Assembly (NCBI GenBank): GCA_009782265.1
Contig: WRJM01000001.1
Location: 1 to 59,344, forward strand
Direction: 5' to 3'
Origin: Oscillospiraceae bacterium
Lineage (GTDB): Bacteria; Bacillota; Clostridia; Oscillospirales; Ruminococcaceae
Length of the DNA: 59,344 nt
Under the pieces are notes generated by a model. It saw only the letters and a list, made by a program, of their open reading frames with translations. It had not been told where the DNA came from and searched no databases. The translations under genes were made by a program, and so were the position numbers. Position 1 is the stretch's first letter; every line of letters starts with the position of its first letter. Shown here one piece after another: positions 1 to 9,013 of this stretch.

Positions 1-14
1 TTTATGGTTTTTTG

Positions 15-85
15 GTGGGGGCGACCTTGGCGGTCGCCCGCTAAATACCGCGAACTTATCGGGCGACCGCAAGGGTCGCCCCTAC
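15..85. repeat. GTAG-type REP doublet (inverted pair) downstream of recA
   Basis: gtgggggcgacc..ggtcgcccg and cgggcgacc..ggtcgcccctac; same family as the other GTAGGGG hairpins in the window. Confidence 0.8.
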
Positions 86-99
86 ATTTGCAAATTTAT

Positions 100-1320
100 T
101 TACAATTCGTCCGGTGAAAACTCTTCAAAATTATCATCAGCTTCCACAATGACGGTTTTCTTAGATTTTTTAGAGGCGGTTTTTTCAAGCGGGACGCCGT
201 GGGCGTCGTCCCCTACATTCAGTGTATCTGACGAGCGGACAGAGTCGTCCGCCCCTACGGGTTCATCTGCGCTTGAAGCCACATTAACCTTATCCGCCTG
301 TTCGCGGACTTTCTGTTCGATTTCGCCCATGATTTCAGCGTTCTTTGACAGAAATTCCTTAGCGTTCTCACGCCCCTGCCCGAGCCTTTCATCACCGTAA
401 TAAAACCACGCGCCGCTTTTTCTCGTTACGCCGATTTCGGTTGCAATATCTAAAATTTCGCCGTCCTTGGAAATTCCCTTGCCGAAAATCATATCAAATT
501 CGCATGATTTAAACGGCGGCGAAACCTTGTTTTTCACTACCTTGCACTTTGTCCGCGCACCGACGATATCTCCGCCGTCCATGATTTTTTCACCCTTACG
601 AACTTCAATTCTGACAGACGCATAGAACTTCAAAGCCCGTCCGCCCGGCGTGGTTTCGGGGTTGCCGTAACCGCCGATTTTTTCACGTACTTGATTAATA
701 AAAATAGCGACTGTGTTCGTTTTTGAAATAACGCTTGTTAATTTCCGGAGCGACGACGACATCAGCCGTGCCTGCATACCTACGGTAGTCTGCCCCATTT
801 CTCCCTCAATTTCGGCTTTAGTGGTCATGGCGGCAACGCTGTCAAGCACGATTATATCTATCGCTCCGGAGCGAGTCAACGCCTCGATAATTTCAAGCGC
901 CTGTTCGCCGGTATCGGGTTGTGAAACGATTAACTGGTCAACGTCCACGCCTAAAGCCTTCGCATAAACAGGGTCAAGCGCGTGCTCTACGTCTATGAAC
1001 GCCGCAATCCCGCCCCGTTTCTGCGCTTCCGCAACCGCGTGCAGGGAAACGGTGGTTTTACCGCCGCTTTCCGGTCCGTAAATTTCGGTGATTCTGCCTT
1101 TAGGCAAGCCGCCGATTCCGAGCGCAATATCAAGGGTCAGCGAACCGGTGGGAGAGGATTCCACGTTCATTTTGGAATGTTCGCCGCTCATGTACATAAC
1201 CGCGCCCGCCCCGAACTGCTTTTCTATGTTAGCAATCGCGGTTTCCAAAGCTTTTTTCTTTTCATCCGAGCTTGCGGAAGCGGTGTTTAAGGTCTTTTTT
1301 GAACTTTCTTTTTTAGCCAT
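100..1320 (-). CDS. recA: Recombinase RecA
   Basis: GPESGGKTT Walker [26 protein letters not shown]; start moved to MAKKE (1320), preceded by GGAGG. Confidence 0.98.
   Translation of the reverse strand: MAKKESSKKTLNTASASSDEKKKALETAIANIEKQFGAGAVMYMSGEHSKMNVESSPTGSLTLDIALGIGGLPKGRITEIYGPESGGKTTVSLHAVAEAQKRGGIAAFIDVEHALDPVYAKALGVDVDQLIVSQPDTGEQALEIIEALTRSGAIDIIVLDSVAAMTTKAEIEGEMGQTTVGMQARLMSSSLRKLTSVISKTNTVAIFINQVREKIGGYGNPETTPGGRALKFYASVRIEVRKGEKIMDGGDIVGARTKCKVVKNKVSPPFKSCEFDMIFGKGISKDGEILDIATEIGVTRKSGAWFYYGDERLGQGRENAKEFLSKNAEIMGEIEQKVREQADKVNVASSADEPVGADDSVRSSDTLNVGDDAHGVPLEKTASKKSKKTVIVEADDNFEEFSPDEL
190..258 (-). repeat. Two REP units embedded in the recA coding sequence
   Basis: cgggacgccgtgggcgtcgtcccctac (190-216) is identical to intergenic copies ending at 7500 and 30432; second unit gagcggacagagtcgtccgcccctac (233-258). 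Confidence 0.85.
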
Positions 1321-1352
1321 TTTTACTTTCCTCCGATATTGATGTTGTTTTT

Positions 1353-1447
1353 GTAGGGGCAGACCCATGTACATAGCTCGCTAAGTACCGGTCGCCCGCT
1401 AATTGTTTCGTGCTTTTATTTTTCGGGCGAACATTGTTCGCCCTTAC
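1353..1447. repeat. GTAG-type REP doublet between prmC and recA
   Basis: gtaggggc...cgcccg and cgggcgaacattgttcgcccttac; the second unit contains the prmC stop codon. Confidence 0.75.
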
Positions 1448-2160
1448 GCTTTCAGCGCGTAAACCACTCTTTCAATTCCCGAATAATCTTTTATAATCTG
1501 CGGGGTTTCAAACAATCCCGCGTTTTGCATGAACCCGCAGACCTCCCGCGCCTGTCCGTCCCCGACTTCTACAGCGAATAAACCGCCTTTTTTCAGCTTC
1601 CCGCTCCAAAGCGTGAAAATCTTTCTGTAAAAATCCAGTCCGTCCTTACCGCCGAAAAGGGCGATTTCCGGCTCATAAGTCACTTCTTTCTGTAATTTCT
1701 GTATTTCTAATCCTGTCAAGTACGGCGGATTGACAAGTATACAATCCGATTCTGTATAGGTTTCAGCAGGATTTAAAACATCGTCTTTAATAGTTTCTAT
1801 TTCAACGCCATTTAATTTTATATTTTGTTTCAGGTATTTAATTGCTTCTTCAGAAATGTCAACCGAAATAACTTTACAGCCTGTTTCTTTCGCAAGTGCA
1901 ATTCCGACACAGCCGCTTCCGGCACATAAATCGTAAACCAATTCAGGTTTATACTCTTTTGCCGAATCTACAAGAAATTCTGTTTCGGGGCGGGGAATCA
2001 GCACGCCTTTGCCGATTTTAAAGTTATAACCGTAAAACTCCCACTCGCCTAAGATATACTGTAAGGGTTCGCCGTTTACTCTGCGTTCAATAAGCTTATT
2101 TATATCTTGCTTGCTCTTCTCAGCGTATTCGCGAAGCCATTTTTCTTCCTGCCGCGTCAT
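1444..2160 (-). CDS. prmC: Release factor glutamine methyltransferase PrmC/HemK
   Basis: GEPLQYILG, VLIPRPETE, DLCAGSG, NPPY motifs. Confidence 0.95.
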   Translation of the reverse strand: MTRQEEKWLREYAEKSKQDINKLIERRVNGEPLQYILGEWEFYGYNFKIGKGVLIPRPETEFLVDSAKEYKPELVYDLCAGSGCVGIALAKETGCKVISVDISEEAIKYLKQNIKLNGVEIETIKDDVLNPAETYTESDCILVNPPYLTGLEIQKLQKEVTYEPEIALFGGKDGLDFYRKIFTLWSGKLKKGGLFAVEVGDGQAREVCGFMQNAGLFETPQIIKDYSGIERVVYALKA

Positions 2161-3263
2161 ACTATATCGGGTTCGGGCGGTGGTACGTCAGAAGAATCAT
2201 CGTTTTGCGAAATGTCGGACGGCGGCGGCGTGCCGCCGCTGTCAGTATTTGTGTGATTTTCAACAGTTTCAGTTGGTAACACAGGAATAAACGCCGCCAT
2301 TGCTACTTCAATTTGACTGTCGTCCGGTTCTTTGGTAGTCAGACGTTGAATTCCCAGCCCGGGCGCGGAAATAATCCGCATGATGATGTTCCGGTCATAT
2401 TTTCCCGCCAACTTCAATAACTCATAGGAAATTCCCACAAGAACAGGCAAAAACAGCAGTTTCAACCCTGTGCGGATTAAATCCGCAATAATTTTACTGA
2501 CACCGAGCGCGGCGACAATATCCGCGCTGTTAATCGGAAGAACGAGCGGCAGAACCGAATAAAACAAAATCGAAATAGCAAGCGTCAAAAAAATAAAACT
2601 TGTGCCGCAGCGGGGGTGAAAGCGTTTATATTTCTTGATGTTTTCGACGGTTAATTCCGCGCCCGATTCATGCGCAAAAATGGTTTTATGCTCCGCGCCG
2701 TGATAGGCATACATGCGGCGAATGTCACCCATAAACGACGTCAGGAATAAATAACCGATGAAAATCGTAATTTTAATAATCCCTTCAAAAAAAGACTGCC
2801 AGAAAGCGAATTGAGAAATGTCTTCCACAAAAAGCGAGCTTACCCACGTGAAGATACGTGTGGGTAAGAACATAAACAGCAGAAGCGCAAGCCCCACACC
2901 GAGAATCATACCGATAACCATGACGACGGACATTAATTTATCACCGAATTTTTCAGACAGCCATTTTTCAAATTTGCTTTCCGCTTCACCTTCTTCGTCC
3001 AGCATACCGGATAAATCCGCCGATTTCATCATATAGCGATACCCGTCAACCATTTGCAGGATAAAATTAAAAATGCCGCGAATGAAAAGTGCTTTCTGAT
3101 ACCATCTTTTTTCTTTTAAAGCCCATTCTTCCACGTGAACTGAGCCGTCCTTTTTACGGACAGCCATGGCGGCTTTTTCTTCGCCGCGCATCATAATTCC
3201 CTCAATCAGGGCTTGTCCGCCGATTTTGGTGGGAATCGGTTTTGTTTCCTTGTTTTTACTCAT
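2157..3263 (-). CDS. DUF1385 family membrane protein
   Basis: IGGQALIEGIMMR, YHGAEHK, HPRCGTSF, QRLTTKEP; usual neighbour of prmC. Confidence 0.9.
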   Translation of the reverse strand: MSKNKETKPIPTKIGGQALIEGIMMRGEEKAAMAVRKKDGSVHVEEWALKEKRWYQKALFIRGIFNFILQMVDGYRYMMKSADLSGMLDEEGEAESKFEKWLSEKFGDKLMSVVMVIGMILGVGLALLLFMFLPTRIFTWVSSLFVEDISQFAFWQSFFEGIIKITIFIGYLFLTSFMGDIRRMYAYHGAEHKTIFAHESGAELTVENIKKYKRFHPRCGTSFIFLTLAISILFYSVLPLVLPINSADIVAALGVSKIIADLIRTGLKLLFLPVLVGISYELLKLAGKYDRNIIMRIISAPGLGIQRLTTKEPDDSQIEVAMAAFIPVLPTETVENHTNTDSGGTPPPSDISQNDDSSDVPPPEPDIV

Positions 3264-3298
3264 TTCTTTTGTTCCTTAAATTAAATTTTATGGGGTTT

Positions 3299-3372
3299 AA
3301 CCACCCCGCCCGCTTTGTACATAACAAGCTATGTACAAAATTCTGCAAAGCGAATTCGGTGACGGGGTGGTT
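3299..3372. repeat. ACCACCCCG...CGGGGTGGT palindromic element (second REP-like family)
   Basis: Terminal inverted repeat aaccaccccg/cggggtggtt with inner palindrome tttgtacata/tatgtacaaa; related ends at 34814-34934. Confidence 0.65.
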
Positions 3373-3402
3373 TAAGTTTAGTATTATATAAACTCCCTGT
3401 AC

Positions 3403-4821
3403 TTAACTTTTCCCCTGCATAAGCGGAAGCATTATTTTCACCGTCGTGCCCTTGCCCCATTCACTCTCTATATCAAGCGTTCCCTCGTGCATGGCAATAA
3501 TTTCGTCTGCCACCGCAAGCCCGATTCCTGAACCGCGCACCGTGTTATTCGCTTTGAAAAACCGCGCTTTCACTTTTGGTAAATCCCGCTCCGAAATCCC
3601 GCAGCCGTTGTCGGAAACACTGATAATAAGCTTGTTTTCATCAATTACCGCGTCCACGAAAACCGAACCGGTTCTGCTCTTGTCTGTTAAGCTGTATTTT
3701 ACGGCGTTGTCAATAATATTGATAAAAACCTGTCGGATTCTGTTTTTGTCCCCGTGAATTGTCGCAATCCGGTCAGGCTCATTATAAACAAGATTAATCT
3801 GCTCTTTTCTGGCTTTCTCGGCATACACGGACACTGCGTCCGCAAGCTCCGCAAGCGCGTCCATGTTTGTTTTGCGTAAGTTGAGCCGTCCGCTCTGCAT
3901 TTTGGAAAAATCCAATAAATCTTCAACCATATCCGAAAGGCGCGTGGTTTCGGACGTGATAATTCTCATGCCTTTTTCAAAGTTCTGCAATGAATCGCTG
4001 TCTGTTCCCGAACCGGTTTCCAATACGGTTTCGCTCCAGCCGCGGATTGCGGTCAATGGGGTTCTGAGCTCATGCGAAACAGAGGAAATAAAATCATTTT
4101 TAATTTTTTCGGAGTTTTCAAGGTCGTCCGCCATAGAATTAAAAATAAGGCAAAGCTCTCCGATTTCATCATCTTTTCCGGCAATCAAAACGCGGTCGGA
4201 AAAATCGCCCGCTGCGAGTTTTTTCGCGGAATTTCCGACGATGCGGAGCGGCGACACAATCGACTTAATAAAATACATGCCTAAAAATAAAACCAAAAGC
4301 ATAACCGCCGCGCTTAAAAAAGCAATCAGCAAGGTTGTGGCGGTGATTTGCGTATCGATTCTTTCAAGCGAGGAAACAACTCTTATTGCGTCGTAAACAT
4401 CGCCCGGAAGCATAACCGTAACCGCCATATACCGCTCGGAATTCGGCAGGAATCCGATATAATCTGCTATACCGCTTTCAGAAAGCTTTGCTTTTTCATA
4501 ATCCGGCATTTCATAATTATACCCGGGTTCAAAGCCGCTTGAAGTTATATCAACCCTGCCGTTTGCTGTAATCACCATAAGCTCGGTGTGGCTTTTTTTG
4601 TCATATTCCTCCACAGCGCGCCGTATTTCCGGCGCGTAATCGTCCATGTATGACAAAACGCCGTAGATGATTTTAGCTTGTGTGCCGAGGTATTGCTTAA
4701 CCGAATCGTAATAATAATTTCTGATTGAAAAATAAACCACAACGTTAATGACTAAAAGAAAAACCGCAACAACGCTGAAGCTGTTTATAAACCAACGGTT
4801 CGCTATACTTTTTTTCGCCAT
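3403..4821 (-). CDS. HAMP-domain sensor histidine kinase
   Basis: Two TM segments, HAMP, H-box SHELRTPLT, N-box NIIDNAVKY, G-boxes DNGCGI and GSGIGL. Confidence 0.95.
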   Translation of the reverse strand: MAKKSIANRWFINSFSVVAVFLLVINVVVYFSIRNYYYDSVKQYLGTQAKIIYGVLSYMDDYAPEIRRAVEEYDKKSHTELMVITANGRVDITSSGFEPGYNYEMPDYEKAKLSESGIADYIGFLPNSERYMAVTVMLPGDVYDAIRVVSSLERIDTQITATTLLIAFLSAAVMLLVLFLGMYFIKSIVSPLRIVGNSAKKLAAGDFSDRVLIAGKDDEIGELCLIFNSMADDLENSEKIKNDFISSVSHELRTPLTAIRGWSETVLETGSGTDSDSLQNFEKGMRIITSETTRLSDMVEDLLDFSKMQSGRLNLRKTNMDALAELADAVSVYAEKARKEQINLVYNEPDRIATIHGDKNRIRQVFINIIDNAVKYSLTDKSRTGSVFVDAVIDENKLIISVSDNGCGISERDLPKVKARFFKANNTVRGSGIGLAVADEIIAMHEGTLDIESEWGKGTTVKIMLPLMQGKS

Positions 4822-4852
4822 AATTACCTGTCCCTAAAATTTGACAAAATGC

Positions 4853-4889
4853 AAAAATAACCGCCCCTCGCTAAAGTGTGCGGTTATTT
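4853..4889 (-). terminator. Intrinsic terminator-like hairpin upstream of the kinase
   Basis: 10-bp stem aaataaccgc/gcggttattt ending in a T run on the minus strand. Confidence 0.6.
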
Positions 4890-4939
4890 CGACCTAATAC
4901 TTAGCTAACCGTCTGCAGGTATCGCCTTTGTCGTATTTA

Positions 4940-4968
4940 ATTATACAATAAAATTTACTGATTGTCAA
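4940..4968 (-). promoter_or_regulatory. Consensus sigma-A promoter
   Basis: TTGACA-17 nt-TATAAT on the minus strand. Confidence 0.8.
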
Positions 4969-5032
4969 GCAGTTTTTTGAAAACTGTAAAATTTAAACCC
5001 ACATTTTAAATTTAATGCAGACAATTGACTTG

Positions 5033-5746
5033 TCAGCTTTCTACAGTCCATTTATACCCGAAACCCCATATGGTTTGTATGAATACCGGCGTTGACGGGT
5101 CGTCCTCTACCTTCATGCGGAGCCTTCTGATATTCACATCTACGATTTTATCGTCACCGAAATACCCGTCACCCCAGATATGTACTAAAATGCTTTTTCT
5201 GTCAAGCGCGACGCCCGTATTTCTGATGAAATACTCAAGAATTTGATATTCAACCTGCGTCAGGTCAAGCTCTGTGTTGCTTTTCGCAATCGTGCGGCTT
5301 TTTGTGTTGACTTTAAAAGGTCCGGAAATCATTTCTCTCGTGTTATTATTCCCCGAAGCGTTTAAACTTACACGGCGGTAAATTGCGTCTACCCGCGCAA
5401 CCAATTCCGACGGTGAAAACGGCTTGGTTACATAATCGTCCGCGCCGAGCATTAAACAGCCGACCTTGTCCATTTCCTGCGCTTTTGCCGACAGCATGAT
5501 GATGCCTACAGATGAGCTTTCCTCACGGATTGCCTTACAAAGCTCAATCCCGTCCATGCCGGGCATCATAATGTCAAGCAGGGCGACATCAAACGGCTTT
5601 TCAGATTCTTCAAGCGCATTTTTGAATTCAATCAACGCTTTTTCGCCGCTGTTGACGTCCACGACTTCGTATTCGGCGCGTTTTAAATTAATCACGACAA
5701 AGTCGCGAATAGCGTCTTCGTCCTCACAGACTAAAATTTTTTTCAT
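5033..5746 (-). CDS. OmpR/PhoB-family response regulator
   Basis: REC (LLDIMMPGMDG, GADDYVTKPF) plus winged helix (VDVNIRRLR, TIWGFGY). Confidence 0.95.
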   Translation of the reverse strand: MKKILVCEDEDAIRDFVVINLKRAEYEVVDVNSGEKALIEFKNALEESEKPFDVALLDIMMPGMDGIELCKAIREESSSVGIIMLSAKAQEMDKVGCLMLGADDYVTKPFSPSELVARVDAIYRRVSLNASGNNNTREMISGPFKVNTKSRTIAKSNTELDLTQVEYQILEYFIRNTGVALDRKSILVHIWGDGYFGDDKIVDVNIRRLRMKVEDDPSTPVFIQTIWGFGYKWTVES

Positions 5747-5749
5747 AAT

Positions 5750-7396
5750 TTACTCCACCGAAATTAAATAATAATACACCGGCTGACCGCCGTTGACCAA
5801 CCCCATTTCAATATTATCGCCGATTTTTTCGCGCAGTGCCGCAAACGCAATTTCCGCGTCGCTGTCGGTTACATCCGCGCCGTGAATTACCGTAATGTAG
5901 GTTGTATCATTTTTAATCATCTTGCGGGTCAGCTTAATAAGTGCTTTCGGCACTTCTTTTTCCGTAAAGGAAAGCTTGCCGTTTTCAAGCGCGATAATAT
6001 CGCCGGTTTTGATTTTCTTACCCTCAAAATGGCTGTCACGCGCCGCATACGTCACCGCGCCCGTCCCGACCTTGTCAAGTGCGCGGGTCATTATCACGCT
6101 GTTTTCGGTTACGCTCAAAGTTTCGTCAAAGCAAAGCATAGCAGAAAGCCCCTGCGGAATCGTCCTTGACTGCAGAACAATCACTTTTCTGTCCGCAAGC
6201 CTAACCGCCTGTTCCGCCGCCATGATGATGTTTTTGTTATTCGGAAGTACAAAGACGTTATGAGCCGGCGTGGCTAAAATAGCTTCCAATATATCTTCAG
6301 TTGAGGGGTTTTGGGTTTGTCCGCCGCGCACAATGCGGTCAACGCCTAAATCCTTGAACAGGTTTTCAATGCCCGCGCCGTTGGCGACTGCTACAAAACC
6401 GAATTTTCGTTCAGGGCGTTCCGGTTTGAGCGAATTCTTCTTTTGTAATCCTGCTTTAACCGCTTCCTGTTTATGCTGTTCGCGCATATTTTCAATTTTC
6501 ATGCTGGTTAATGCGCCGAATTTAATTCCCTCTTCAAGTGCTTTCCCGGGGTTTTCGGTATGCACGTGAACCTTAATGATTTCATCGTCGTCAACCACAA
6601 CAACGCTGTCCCCGATGGTTTCGAGATAAGCGCGAAGCCCCGCGCCGTCCTTGGCGTCAGCGGATTTTAAAACGATAAATTCCGTACAGTACGTAAATTC
6701 TATATCCGTATCAAAAGAACCCGCAATATTCGTTACAACCTGCTCCGTAACGCCGCCCGCACCGGAAGCCTCTTCAACCGCCAAACCGCCGAGCATAACC
6801 TGTTTAATTCCTTTCAGAATAATCAAATACCCCATACCGCCCGCGTCTAAAACACCCGCTTTTTTCAGAACGGGAAGCAAATCCGGCGTTCTTGCAAGGG
6901 ATGCTTCCGCTTCGGTAATCAGCGTGTCGAAAACCTCTTCAAGACTGCTTTCTTTTTCGGCTTTTTCAAGCGCGGCTTCGGTTGCTTCACGCGCAACGGT
7001 CAGAATTGTACCCTCTGTAGGCTTCATAACGGACTTGTAAGCGGCTTCAACACCCATCTGCATTGCTTTGCAGTATTCTTTGGGCGTTGCGGAGGTTTTT
7101 CCTGCAAGCCCTTTGGCAAGCCCTCTGAAAAGAAGCGATAAAATAACGCCCGAATTCCCTCTTGCGCCGCGGAGCATGGCGGAAGCCGTGATTTCGGCAA
7201 CACTGCTGATATTGGCGTCGTCCGGCATCAGATTCAACTCTGTCAGCGCGCTTTTAATCGTCGCGGACATGTTTGTGCCGGTGTCGCCGTCCGGAACGGG
7301 GAAAACATTCATTTCGTCAACCGTAATTTTATGGTTGATAATATTATTCGCGCCTGAAATAACCGCGCTTTTTAACATTTTTCCGCTAATCGTCAA
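5750..7396 (-). CDS. fakA: DAK2-domain fatty acid kinase subunit (FakA/YloV-like)
   Basis: MNVFPVPDGDTGTNM, GARGNSGVILS, GGQTQNPS, GGQPVYYYLISVE; TTG start at 7396 after GGAGG. Confidence 0.9.
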   Translation of the reverse strand: MTISGKMLKSAVISGANNIINHKITVDEMNVFPVPDGDTGTNMSATIKSALTELNLMPDDANISSVAEITASAMLRGARGNSGVILSLLFRGLAKGLAGKTSATPKEYCKAMQMGVEAAYKSVMKPTEGTILTVAREATEAALEKAEKESSLEEVFDTLITEAEASLARTPDLLPVLKKAGVLDAGGMGYLIILKGIKQVMLGGLAVEEASGAGGVTEQVVTNIAGSFDTDIEFTYCTEFIVLKSADAKDGAGLRAYLETIGDSVVVVDDDEIIKVHVHTENPGKALEEGIKFGALTSMKIENMREQHKQEAVKAGLQKKNSLKPERPERKFGFVAVANGAGIENLFKDLGVDRIVRGGQTQNPSTEDILEAILATPAHNVFVLPNNKNIIMAAEQAVRLADRKVIVLQSRTIPQGLSAMLCFDETLSVTENSVIMTRALDKVGTGAVTYAARDSHFEGKKIKTGDIIALENGKLSFTEKEVPKALIKLTRKMIKNDTTYITVIHGADVTDSDAEIAFAALREKIGDNIEMGLVNGGQPVYYYLISVE

Positions 7397-7423
7397 AACC
7401 GTAAACCTCCGATGATATTGAAT

Positions 7424-7500
7424 GTAGGGGACGACACCCACAGCGTCCCGCGATGAAACTATAAGGTTTATTTCGGGACGCCGTGGGCGTCGTCCCCTAC
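7424..7500. repeat. GTAG-type REP doublet
   Basis: gtaggggacgac..cgtcccg ... cgggacg..gtcgtcccctac inverted pair. Confidence 0.85.
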
Positions 7501-7510
7501 AAAAAGCCAG

Positions 7511-7870
7511 TCAAGATTTGATTGCGTCTATATAAACATTCACACGCCCTACTTTAATCCCGGTTTCCTCCTCCACCGCATACGTGACTTTGTGCTGTAT
7601 GCTTTTGGTGACGGACGCCGCGTTAATGCCGTAAGTAACCGTAATGTGCAAATCAATGTACAATTGATTCTCAATCAGCTTCACGCTTACGCCTTTATCG
7701 GGTTCTTTCCTGCGCCGCAGAAAGGGCAGGGATTCCGCCATGTTCTGCCATAAAGTGCCGGAATTCATACCTGCCACGCCGTAACAGCCGGCGACTGTGC
7801 CGCCGATGAGCGCGGTGAAGAACCGCTTGGTTATGTTTATACTGCCGAGATGATTATTGATAATAATCAT
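7511..7870 (-). CDS. Asp23/Gls24 family protein (YloU-like)
   Basis: CYGVAGM, IDLHITVTYG, VNVYID; conserved position upstream of the DAK2 gene. Confidence 0.88.
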   Translation of the reverse strand: MIIINNHLGSINITKRFFTALIGGTVAGCYGVAGMNSGTLWQNMAESLPFLRRRKEPDKGVSVKLIENQLYIDLHITVTYGINAASVTKSIQHKVTYAVEEETGIKVGRVNVYIDAIKS

Positions 7871-7924
7871 AATATGCCTGCTTTCTTTTAGTTTAACATG
7901 TATAAAGTGCTTATTATATGCGTA

Positions 7925-8062
7925 TTACTCACTCTTGTCTTTCAATGCCTTTAACTCTTGCTCCAAACTGATAACCTGCTTTTCTATCTTTTTACAATTC
8001 AATGATACAGTTATAATTCCTATCCCTAAAATGACAAGCGGGATTGCCCAAAGAACTTCCAT
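7925..8062 (-). CDS. Small 45-aa single-TM protein (not in the ORF track)
   Basis: GAGAGG 7 nt before ATG; MEVLWAIPLVILGIGIITVSLNCKKIEKQVISLEQELKALKDKSE*. Confidence 0.65.
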   Translation of the reverse strand: MEVLWAIPLVILGIGIITVSLNCKKIEKQVISLEQELKALKDKSE

Positions 8063-8135
8063 ACCGTAACCTCTCTTAATATAAATAAGTTAATATGACT
8101 CTTTATTATTTAATACTATCATACTATAATTTCAA

Positions 8136-8948
8136 TTAATTTTCAAGTCTTTTTACCGGCAAAGCAAGGTACATTTCCGGATAATTCAGTCCGGAAAAGG
8201 CTTTTTCCGCTTGCTGTTTATTTTCAAAAACCCCGAAAACCGCGCTCCCGCTCCCTGTTAAACTTGCGCCCATTGCCCCCGCGCTGATTAAATTCTGCTT
8301 GATTTTTTCGATTTCGGGGTTGTTATAAAGCTTTTCAAAGGCGTTGTATAAGAATAAATCGCCTTTTTCATGGGGAATAAGCGGGTTTTTGTCGTACAAA
8401 GCATACGCTTCCTTTGTTGAACAGGAAAAATCGGGTTTAATAATCACAAAAGCGCAGGTATAATCCGGCAGAGCCTGTGCGATTGTTGCGCCCGTGCCCG
8501 AACAGAAAGCATATCCGCCGTGTATGCAGAAAGGTACGTCCGCACCTATTTCCGCGCCCATTTCAAGCAATTCTTGCAAATTAAAACGATTATCTGCGAT
8601 TTTATTCAGTCCCCGCAGAACCGCCGCCGCGTCCGCGCTTCCTCCGCCAAGCCCCGCCATCAGCGGAATTTTTTTGTTAATTGCAATTTCAGCTTTAACC
8701 TGCTTGCCGATTCTTTGCATGAAAAGCTCTGCCGCTTTAACTGCGGTGTTTGTGCTGTCAGCCGGAACGGCGGGATGATTGCAGACAATGCTGATACCCT
8801 CACCCGCGCTTGCTTTGATTTGCACATCGTCCGCCAAGTCAATCAGCTGCATGGACGTCAGAACATGATGAAGCCCGTTATCAAGCCTACCGGTTATATC
8901 AAGGAACATATTCAATTTTGCGTAAGCTTTTAATGTTATTTTTTTCAT
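8136..8948 (-). CDS. ispE: 4-diphosphocytidyl-2-C-methyl-D-erythritol kinase
   Basis: AYAKLNMFL, KKIPLMAGLGGGSADAAA, GADVPF, LTGSGSAVF. Confidence 0.95.
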   Translation of the reverse strand: MKKITLKAYAKLNMFLDITGRLDNGLHHVLTSMQLIDLADDVQIKASAGEGISIVCNHPAVPADSTNTAVKAAELFMQRIGKQVKAEIAINKKIPLMAGLGGGSADAAAVLRGLNKIADNRFNLQELLEMGAEIGADVPFCIHGGYAFCSGTGATIAQALPDYTCAFVIIKPDFSCSTKEAYALYDKNPLIPHEKGDLFLYNAFEKLYNNPEIEKIKQNLISAGAMGASLTGSGSAVFGVFENKQQAEKAFSGLNYPEMYLALPVKRLEN

Positions 8949-9004
8949 ATTTTAATTTCATCCAAAAATTCTGCGATTCTTTTGGTTGCGTCGTTGAGAT
9001 GAGC
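8945..9004 (-). repeat. Diverged duplicate of the last codons of the aminotransferase
   Basis: Translates AHLNDATKRIAEFLDEIKI* versus the gene end AHLNDATKRIEEFLREI*. Confidence 0.85.
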
Positions 9005-9013
9005 GGGCGCATC

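Noticed and set aside
1428-1440. CGAAC-att-GTTCG upstream of recA as a LexA/SOS box
   Set aside because: Spacer is 3 nt rather than 4, and the same sequence forms the stem of REP units at 31992-32060, so it is better explained as a REP.
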